Shown: one piece after another, positions 5,485 through 10,936 of the stretch
Numbering within the stretch: position 1 is the first letter of the stretch
Layout: each line of letters starts with the position of its first letter
Assembly (NCBI GenBank): GCA_964565125.1
Contig: CAZMCX010000019.1
Span: 1 to 10,936 of the forward strand
DNA length: 10,936 nt
Source of the DNA: an uncultured archaeon
Lineage (GTDB): Archaea > Iainarchaeota > Iainarchaeia > Iainarchaeales > 0-14-0-20-30-16
Direction of reading: 5' to 3'
Made by a program: the position numbers and the translations under genes
The notes under the pieces: model-generated
Database searches by the model: none
What the model saw: only the letters and a program-made list of their open reading frames with translations
Told to the model about the DNA's origin: nothing

Positions 5485-6513
5485 TTATTTTACATATGCA
5501 AATACCTGTAATAGTTCCCCTCTATACAAATAACCGGAAATTGTGAAATTTGTTGTTGTGTTTGAATCATAAGGAACAATAACATCAATATTTGAATCAT
5601 AACTATATGATTGTTCGTTATAATCTACAGCAGAAACATAAATTTTTCCGGATTTTGTGGCTTTGAAACTATTATAATCTTCTAAGAACAAATCTACTTT
5701 GTCAACAGAATCCTTTGTTTTTATGGTTGTGTAATTTATGTTGTTGTCTGGGATTATTTGGTAATTATAATCTTCAAAATATGTCTTTACTAAATCTTCA
5801 GAAACATTCGCGTCTGGCGCACGGATGTTTGTTTCAAGACTTAAGTTAAAAATATTTGCATCTTTTTCGTTTGAAAACAAAATTGGTTGTGCACTAAAGT
5901 TATATATTTCATACGCAAATATCTGTGCGGGGATGCTGTTTTGTAATACTATTTCAAATTTTGCAGTTATGTTGTCGTTTACTTCTGTGCTTGTCTTAGT
6001 GAATATTTTTAGTTCTGTGTAACCAAGTTCATAATCTAAGGTTTTGTTTGAATCTTTTGCAACCATGTGCACTGGGTTTGTAAAAGACAATATCTGCGTA
6101 GGATAAAGTTGATAAGTATCAAAAGCATTGTTTAATGATTCTACAAAATCCAGCCCATATTCTTTTTCTTTTAATTTTACATTTGCAATATAGGCGATCT
6201 TGTTGTTATCTGTGTTATAATTACTGGTAATAATGTATTTTACTAGATCTATGTTTTTTATGCTTGCATCCAACTTTGTGATATCAAGTTCATTTGTGTC
6301 TGTGATTATTAAAATTTCATCAGATCTTTCTTTTATGATTCCGTTTACATCAGCAGAATACAATTCTTTTATGTCTGGTTTTTTGTAATCAACAAGGGGT
6401 AAGGCATTGTCCGCGTCTTTGTCGCCCCAACCAATAAAAGAAACACCAATTACTGATGCAAGCATAATAACAATAACAAAAATACTCAGAATCTGTGCAG
6501 TAGTTACTTTCAT
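5485..6513 (-). CDS. Hypothetical N-terminally membrane-anchored or secreted protein (Asn/Tyr/Thr/Asp-rich ectodomain)
   Basis: The N-terminal hydrophobic segment AQILSIFVIVIMLASVIGVSFIGW is followed by a long polar region with no recognisable motif. I prefer ATG 6513 (MKVTT...), which is preceded by AGGTGA (reverse complement of plus 6519-6524), over the GTG at 6522 used in the ORF track. Confidence 0.7.
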   Translation of the reverse strand: MKVTTAQILSIFVIVIMLASVIGVSFIGWGDKDADNALPLVDYKKPDIKELYSADVNGIIKERSDEILIITDTNELDITKLDASIKNIDLVKYIITSNYNTDNNKIAYIANVKLKEKEYGLDFVESLNNAFDTYQLYPTQILSFTNPVHMVAKDSNKTLDYELGYTELKIFTKTSTEVNDNITAKFEIVLQNSIPAQIFAYEIYNFSAQPILFSNEKDANIFNLSLETNIRAPDANVSEDLVKTYFEDYNYQIIPDNNINYTTIKTKDSVDKVDLFLEDYNSFKATKSGKIYVSAVDYNEQSYSYDSNIDVIVPYDSNTTTNFTISGYLYRGELLQVFAYVK

Positions 6514-6593
6514 TAAAATCACCTAACTAGTCTTATTTAATCTATAATTGTGAAATGTATTTAAAGCTTAACTCGCTTTTTTATATGATTTTT

Positions 6594-7169
6594 ATGAATA
6601 CTTATAGACCGAACATTATAATCTGTGGGCAAGTAGCAACAGGAAAGTCATCTTTGGCAAAGCTAATTGCAAAAGACTTTAAAATGGAGTACATTTCAAG
6701 CTCTACTATTCTAAAGGGGGATATGGGCTTTAATTACACGAAAGAAAAGGCTTTTTGGGATAAAAAAGGGCTTTCTCTTTTTAAAGAACGAAAAAGCAAG
6801 GATTTTGATAAAAAAGTAGATAAATTACAGTTAAAGTTTGCAAAAGAAGGTGGAAAGGTATTTGATACTTGGGCCTTGGGTTGGCTGTATAAAGGAAAAG
6901 CAATAAAGATTATGCTTTTAGCTTCTGAACCTGTAAAGCTTAGCAGGCTAATAGAAAGAGATAAGATAACAAAAAAAGACGCCTTGAAAGCGTTATATGA
7001 AAGAGACAATAAAAACGCAAAATTGTTTAAAGATCTGTACGGAATTGATATTATTAAAGATAAGTCGCCTTTTGATCTTGTTGTAAATACAGATTATTTG
7101 ACTCAAGAAGATGGGCATAAACTGTTGAAGGATTATATTTCAAAGGCTTTGAAAAAAATAGTAATATAA
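6594..7169 (+). CDS. cmk: Cytidylate kinase, archaeal type (COG1102-like P-loop NMP kinase)
   Basis: The P-loop is IIICGQVATGKSSLAKLIA. The pattern WALGWLYKGKAIKIMLLASEPVKLSRLIERD...RDNKNAKLFKDLYGIDIIKDKSPFDLVVNT parallels archaeal Cmk (RLAGW...IWLKA...RI..RE...RYKEIYGIDIDDLSIYDLVI). The start is ambiguous among 6555, 6585 and 6594. A TATTTAAA box at 6558-6565 favours a leaderless start at 6585 or 6594. Confidence 0.7.
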   Translation: MNTYRPNIIICGQVATGKSSLAKLIAKDFKMEYISSSTILKGDMGFNYTKEKAFWDKKGLSLFKERKSKDFDKKVDKLQLKFAKEGGKVFDTWALGWLYKGKAIKIMLLASEPVKLSRLIERDKITKKDALKALYERDNKNAKLFKDLYGIDIIKDKSPFDLVVNTDYLTQEDGHKLLKDYISKALKKIVI

Positions 7170-7170
7170 T

Positions 7171-7198
7171 TTAGGAAATTAGTTCCTTAGTAAAAAAG
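7171..7198 (-). repeat. Degenerate ghost copy of the smc 3' end (encodes TKELIS-stop with synonymous differences)
   Basis: The minus strand of 7171-7191 reads ACT AAG GAA CTA ATT TCC TAA. The real smc end (7285-7305) reads ACC AAG GAG CTT ATT TCT TAA. All four differences are synonymous third positions. The copy starts 2 nt after the cmk stop. Confidence 0.6.
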
Positions 7199-7232
7199 AG
7201 TTATTTCTGTTAAGAAATAAGCTCCTTGGTAA
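7197..7232 (-). repeat. Perfect 36-nt duplicate of the smc 3' end plus 13 nt of its 3' flank
   Basis: AGAGTTATTTCTGTTAAGAAATAAGCTCCTTGGTAA is identical to 7272-7307. It contains the 8-bp/4-nt-loop hairpin TTATTTCT-gtta-AGAAATAA (7201-7220). Confidence 0.85.
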
Positions 7233-7237
7233 AAAGC

Positions 7238-7260
7238 CAATTTTGTTCTTTACAAAATTG
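7238..7260. terminator. Perfect 9-bp hairpin between the convergent cmk and smc genes (possible bidirectional terminator or RNA 3'-end structure)
   Basis: CAATTTTGT (7238-7246), loop TCTTT, ACAAAATTG (7252-7260). It lies in the 39-nt segment between the two 36-nt repeats. Confidence 0.35.
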
Positions 7261-7271
7261 CTTTGGACCCT

Positions 7272-7307
7272 AGAGTTATTTCTGTTAAGAAATAAGCTCC
7301 TTGGTAA
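7272..7307 (-). repeat. Resident copy of the 36-nt repeat, overlapping the last 7 codons and stop of smc
   Basis: Identical to 7197-7232. The hairpin TTATTTCT-gtta-AGAAATAA (7276-7295) places the smc stop codon (7285-7287) in and next to the loop. Confidence 0.85.
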
Positions 7308-10086
7308 CTCCAATAATACTGGTCCCTCTTGTGTTCGTTGTTATGCCTAAAACATAGTCACAAAGCTTGATCGTCTCTGTGTTGTGGGAAACAATAAGAA
7401 TCTGTGTGCTCTTTGAAAGTTCTTTGATGAGTTTTATTACTTTGTCTGTGTTCTGGTAATCCAATGCAGCATCTATTTCGTCAAGTATGTAGAAGCTTGC
7501 TGGCTTGTGCTGTAAAATTGCCAATATGAATGCAATTGATACAAGGGCTTTTTCTCCGCCCGATAGACTTTGTAAGTTCTTCTTTGATTTTTTGCCAGAA
7601 ATTGTAATTTTTATTCCTGCTTGGTCTAAATCTTTATTTGTTAGGACTAAATCTCCAGTTCCAAGACCTAGCTCAGAAACATTTTTTATAAATATCTCTT
7701 TTATAGAGTTGAAATTAGACATAAATGTGGTTGTTTTTTCTAAAATTATTTTATCTAATAACTCAGAAACTTTTGATTTTTCGTCTTCTAATTTTTTTAC
7801 TTTTTCTTCTATTTCTAAAACCTCTTTTAATAGATTATTATAGTCCTCAATTGCTTTGTGGTTCACTGGTCCAAGATTATTAATTTGTTCTTCAGCTTCG
7901 TTTAATTCTGCTTTTAGAAGATGTAATGCTTTATTTGCTTCTTTTGTGTGTGCTTCGATAATAAAACCTTTGTTGTTTCTAACAAAGTTTTCAATTTCTT
8001 CTTCATGCTCTTTTAGTAATTGCTTTTTTGATTTTGTTTCTGAGTCACCAATTTCAATATGGTTTTTGTTTATTATTATGTTACTTTTTAATTCTGCGAT
8101 TTTTTTATTATTAGAATAAACAGTTTCTTCTAAACTTTGCCGCCTTTGTTTTATTTTTTCTTGCCTTACTTTTTCAGAGTTTAAACTTGCTTTTTCATCT
8201 ACTAGCTCTGAGTTTATTGAATTGACTTTTTCTTTTATTTTTAGTATTTCTTTATTTTTATCTTCAATTTGCTTTTCATTTTTTTGAATTTCTTTTTTAT
8301 GAACTCCAATTAATTCGGACTTGTATTTTATTTCTTCTTTTATTTTTTCGATCTCAATTTTCTTGGCGTTTATCTCTTCTTGCATTTTTTGTAATTTTTT
8401 AATGGCATTTAATTCTTGTTTTACTTTTTCAATATCTGCAAGTATTATTTTTCTTTTTTCCAATGCTGAGTTTATTGCATAGCTGTATTCTTCAATTTTT
8501 ATTTTTCGTTCTTCATTTATTTTTGAAGTAATGTCTGCTTTTTCTTGCTCTTTAATTTCCAAATCTTGATTTATTTGTGTGATTTTTTTATTTAATTCAT
8601 CAATTTTTGAATCTAATTTAGAAAGTATGTCTTCTGGACTTAAAGTTGTAACATAAAGATTTCCAGATTTTTTTGTATTTTCTAATTCGCAATCTTCAAG
8701 TTTAGAATTTTCTAATGCAAATACAAATGTTCCAAACCGATTTTGGGAATACAGTTCGTCTATAATGCCTTGGATCTCTGTTTCTTCTTTTACAAAAATA
8801 ACATTTTCTTCTTCAACATAATTATTTTCAATTGTGCTTTTTTCAACTTCTAAATTCTTTATTTCGGCTTCTAAAGATTTAATTTCATCTCCGAGGGCGT
8901 CAGTGTCTTTGATTTTATCTAAAAGTTCTTGGGGATTTTTTTCTAACTCTTTTATTTTTTGCCTCTGGTTTTCAATCTCACTTTCTAATTGGGTTAATTC
9001 TTTGTCATAATTGCGGACATTAAATTGTTTTACTTCTGGGACTTCAATTGCATTTCGTAAAAATTCTTGTATTTCAGAAATCTTTTTTTCTAAGTCTTCT
9101 GTTTTTTTGTGGAGCCCCCCAATGTCTTGGTTTTTTGATTCAATATCTGAATTTAAGTATCTTATTTCTCTTTCTATTTTGTGTAATTCTCTTTCTTCAT
9201 TTTGCAAAGTAAGCTCTTTTTTTGTAACCTGCTCTTTTATCTTTTCAAAGATTTTGAATTCAGAATCAAAATCTTTAGAAATATTTTTTAATTCTAATTC
9301 TGAATCTTCGGTTTCTGACTTTAATTTAGTAAGATCTTTTTCAAAAGAAGAAATTTCTTTTATACAAGTTTCAATTTTTTCTGTGAGTTTAGTAAGTTCC
9401 TTTTCTGTATGTTCTTTTTGTTTTTTTAGAATAATTGCTTTTGTAGTAGTTTTTTTATTGTTTAGTTCTATGTAACGTTCTGCAGTTTCTTTTTGAGTTC
9501 TTAAATTTGTTAACCATTCGTCTTTTTCTCTTAATGCAATATTTATTTTTTCAACATTTGTATTAACAGATTCTAAATTTTTTTTAGATAGGTCTAGTCT
9601 ATCTTGAAATTTTTCAATATCTGAAATTTCATCAATAATCTTTTTTCGTTCTAAGTCTGTGGCTTCAATAATCTTTTTTATTTTATCTTGTAGAATAAAG
9701 TTGTGGCCATCAGGATATATGTTGTAATTTGAAAGCATTGAAATTATTGATTCTAAAGTTGTTCTACTTCCATTTAATCTAAAAACAGAACCCTTTTCTG
9801 AAACCTCTCTTGATATTTTGTAGGTTTCATTTTTCTTTTTGTCTTCTAAAGTAATTGATACTTTTGCGACTTTGGTATCTGATGCCTTATTTATTAATTC
9901 TTCAATATTAGCATAACGCAATTTTTTTTGGGATGTGTTGCCCAATGCAAAAATTATTGCATCAAAAAAATTACTTTTTCCACACCCGTTTGGGCCAACG
10001 ATAGCAGTTAATCCGTCTTTTAATTTTGCATCAAGAGTTCTAAAGGATTTGAAATCCTCTATGTTTAGTTCTCTTAGTTTTAACAT
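7285..10086 (-). CDS. smc: SMC chromosome-segregation ATPase, short form with a strongly reduced hinge
   Basis: The N-terminal head is FKSF...GLTAIVGPNGCGKSNFFDAIIFALG (Walker A). The C-terminal head is LSGGEKALVSIAFILAILQHKPASFYILDEIDAALD (signature and Walker B) followed by QILIVSHN. Long heptad-like Glu/Lys/Ile-rich arms flank a central non-coiled segment of only about 61 residues (nt 8641-8823). The total is 933 aa. Confidence 0.85.
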   Translation of the reverse strand: MLKLRELNIEDFKSFRTLDAKLKDGLTAIVGPNGCGKSNFFDAIIFALGNTSQKKLRYANIEELINKASDTKVAKVSITLEDKKKNETYKISREVSEKGSVFRLNGSRTTLESIISMLSNYNIYPDGHNFILQDKIKKIIEATDLERKKIIDEISDIEKFQDRLDLSKKNLESVNTNVEKINIALREKDEWLTNLRTQKETAERYIELNNKKTTTKAIILKKQKEHTEKELTKLTEKIETCIKEISSFEKDLTKLKSETEDSELELKNISKDFDSEFKIFEKIKEQVTKKELTLQNEERELHKIEREIRYLNSDIESKNQDIGGLHKKTEDLEKKISEIQEFLRNAIEVPEVKQFNVRNYDKELTQLESEIENQRQKIKELEKNPQELLDKIKDTDALGDEIKSLEAEIKNLEVEKSTIENNYVEEENVIFVKEETEIQGIIDELYSQNRFGTFVFALENSKLEDCELENTKKSGNLYVTTLSPEDILSKLDSKIDELNKKITQINQDLEIKEQEKADITSKINEERKIKIEEYSYAINSALEKRKIILADIEKVKQELNAIKKLQKMQEEINAKKIEIEKIKEEIKYKSELIGVHKKEIQKNEKQIEDKNKEILKIKEKVNSINSELVDEKASLNSEKVRQEKIKQRRQSLEETVYSNNKKIAELKSNIIINKNHIEIGDSETKSKKQLLKEHEEEIENFVRNNKGFIIEAHTKEANKALHLLKAELNEAEEQINNLGPVNHKAIEDYNNLLKEVLEIEEKVKKLEDEKSKVSELLDKIILEKTTTFMSNFNSIKEIFIKNVSELGLGTGDLVLTNKDLDQAGIKITISGKKSKKNLQSLSGGEKALVSIAFILAILQHKPASFYILDEIDAALDYQNTDKVIKLIKELSKSTQILIVSHNTETIKLCDYVLGITTNTRGTSIIGVTKELIS

Positions 10087-10131
10087 TTTTTCACACTCTG
10101 TTGGTGCACGAAAATATGTGCCCTTTTATTA

Positions 10132-10851
10132 TTAGTATTTGTGGTACATAGTCATTAAAAACCAAGTACCAATTATGGCTGCTAACGCAATACCAATAAT
10201 ATAGTATAAATAAATTGAAATGCCATAACTGTACATTGTGGAAAGTAGAGCGTCAACAAGGTGCATTAAAGCAAAGAATAAGATTAAAATCAACACAATG
10301 CTTGGATATTTTCTGTTTATCTTTTCTTTAGAATTTTGCCATGCTTCTCTAAAAGATGTTGAATCAAGTACTAAATTTGGAACAAGATAAAATAATCTAA
10401 AAGTTAAAAAAATTAATATGATTATTTCGATAATGCCGATTATCACAAAAAGCCAAGCAACTTGGCTGGTTAAAATGTTGATTAATGCAAAAATAATTGA
10501 TAAAACAAAGACAAAATAAAATAGTCCAACTACTTTCCAATAATTTGAGAATATATTTCTCTTTTCGAAAATATTATAAGTGATTGTAGGTGCTAAAGAA
10601 CTAACTAAAATGAATACAATTGTACATAACAAAAGTATTACAATATCCCATGGGTTTATAGCCAAATAGTATCCAAAAGCAGAAAAGATATCTGTCTGAT
10701 TTCCCGCCATTATGAAAATAAGGTTTTCAATTATATTATAGATAAAATACCCCTGTATAAGGGCCAGGGCAGTCACTATTACAGCATTTATAAGCAAAGC
10801 TTTCCAATTTTTGAATGTGTCTGTAAGCCCTTTAATAAAAGAATTCTCCAT
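10132..10851 (-). CDS. Hypothetical polytopic membrane protein (about 6 predicted TM segments)
   Basis: The 239-aa product has repeated hydrophobic stretches of 20 or more residues (ALLINAVIVTALALIQGYFIY, IVILLLCTIVFILVSSLAP, VVGLFYFVFVLSIIFALINIL, LFVIIGIIEIIILIFLTF, SIVLILILFFALMHLV, YIIGIALAAIIGTWFLM). An AGGTG motif lies 5 nt upstream of the ATG. It sits 45 nt upstream of smc on the same strand, so co-transcription is possible. Confidence 0.7.
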   Translation of the reverse strand: MENSFIKGLTDTFKNWKALLINAVIVTALALIQGYFIYNIIENLIFIMAGNQTDIFSAFGYYLAINPWDIVILLLCTIVFILVSSLAPTITYNIFEKRNIFSNYWKVVGLFYFVFVLSIIFALINILTSQVAWLFVIIGIIEIIILIFLTFRLFYLVPNLVLDSTSFREAWQNSKEKINRKYPSIVLILILFFALMHLVDALLSTMYSYGISIYLYYIIGIALAAIIGTWFLMTMYHKY

Positions 10852-10936
10852 ATCTACACCTAAAAATACTCTGGAATCGTATAAAATAAACAGATTAGAC
10901 TTATAAATGTATAGCTTGGATAAATATTGTATAACT

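Noticed and set aside
7171-7307. CRISPR-like geometry: two perfect 36-nt repeats with an internal palindrome, separated by a 39-nt spacer, plus a degenerate third repeat.
   Set aside because: One repeat is the genuine 3' coding end of smc (…GVTKELIS-stop). The third copy is spaced irregularly, overlapping the second by 2 nt. There are only two perfect units, and no leader or cas genes are in the window. Duplication of a gene terminus explains it better.
9111-9123. CCCCCCAAT inside smc resembling the downstream Fic-promoter repeat (GTAGTCCCCCCAAT).
   Set aside because: Only 9 nt are shared. It lies in coding sequence, where the minus strand encodes Gly-Gly (…DIGGLH…), and it lacks the GTAGT half, so it is probably chance.
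7505-9475. Plus-strand ORFs inside smc (7505-7843, 7856-8119, 9011-9475, and 9935-10135 further on).
   Set aside because: They are antisense shadows of a long, AT-rich, low-complexity coiled-coil gene. Their products are Phe/Ser/Ile-rich nonsense-like sequences with no motifs or start signals.
7285-10086. The SMC-like gene as Rad50 or as a defence-system SMC (Wadjet JetC or Lamassu LmuB), with the upstream membrane protein as a partner.
   Set aside because: There is no CxxC zinc hook and no Mre11, JetABD or LmuA-like neighbours. The head motifs (FKSF, LSGGEKAL...YILDEIDAALD) match housekeeping SMC closely.
10087-10131. GTGCAC...GTGCCC motif in the 45-nt gap between the membrane-protein gene and smc, as a possible regulatory hairpin.
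   Set aside because: Only a 4-bp stem (GCAC/GTGC) with an 8-nt loop can form, which is too weak to call.

Overview
This is an AT-rich archaeal chromosomal segment. Gene content is exosome subunit Csl4, RNA polymerase subunit L (Rpo11), a Sec11/S26B-type signal peptidase, two tandem PCNA homologues, an archaeal-type cytidylate kinase and SMC. The very low GC, Lys/Asn/Ile-rich proteins and short intergenic gaps suggest a small-genome (DPANN-like) archaeon, but that is inference only. Eleven CDS are supported; most are housekeeping.

I found no CRISPR array, transposase, integrase, tRNA or rRNA, and no clear multi-gene novel system. The observations worth a second look are:
1. A ~52-nt imperfect hairpin element occurs twice (635-687 and 2900-2951), each time just upstream of the second gene of a co-oriented pair. 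The two substitutions inside its arms fall on the two unpaired arm positions.
2. A GC-elevated island (about 1809-2045) holds a 78-codon ORF of atypical composition. It could be a structured RNA or a leaderless small basic protein; I could not assign a family.
3. A divergent second PCNA lies directly downstream of a canonical PCNA.
4. A small accessory islet contains a class-II Fic protein and a convergent, GC-richer HExxH (ImmA/IrrE-like) protein. The Fic promoter is bracketed by two perfect GTAGTCCCCCC repeats.
5. The SMC is short (933 aa) and has only about 60 non-coiled residues where the hinge should be.
6. Three in-frame copies of the SMC 3' end (TKELIS-stop) lie in the 115-nt gap downstream of the gene. 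One copy differs from the real end only at four synonymous third-codon positions.

All functional calls come from motif recognition by eye. No searches were run.
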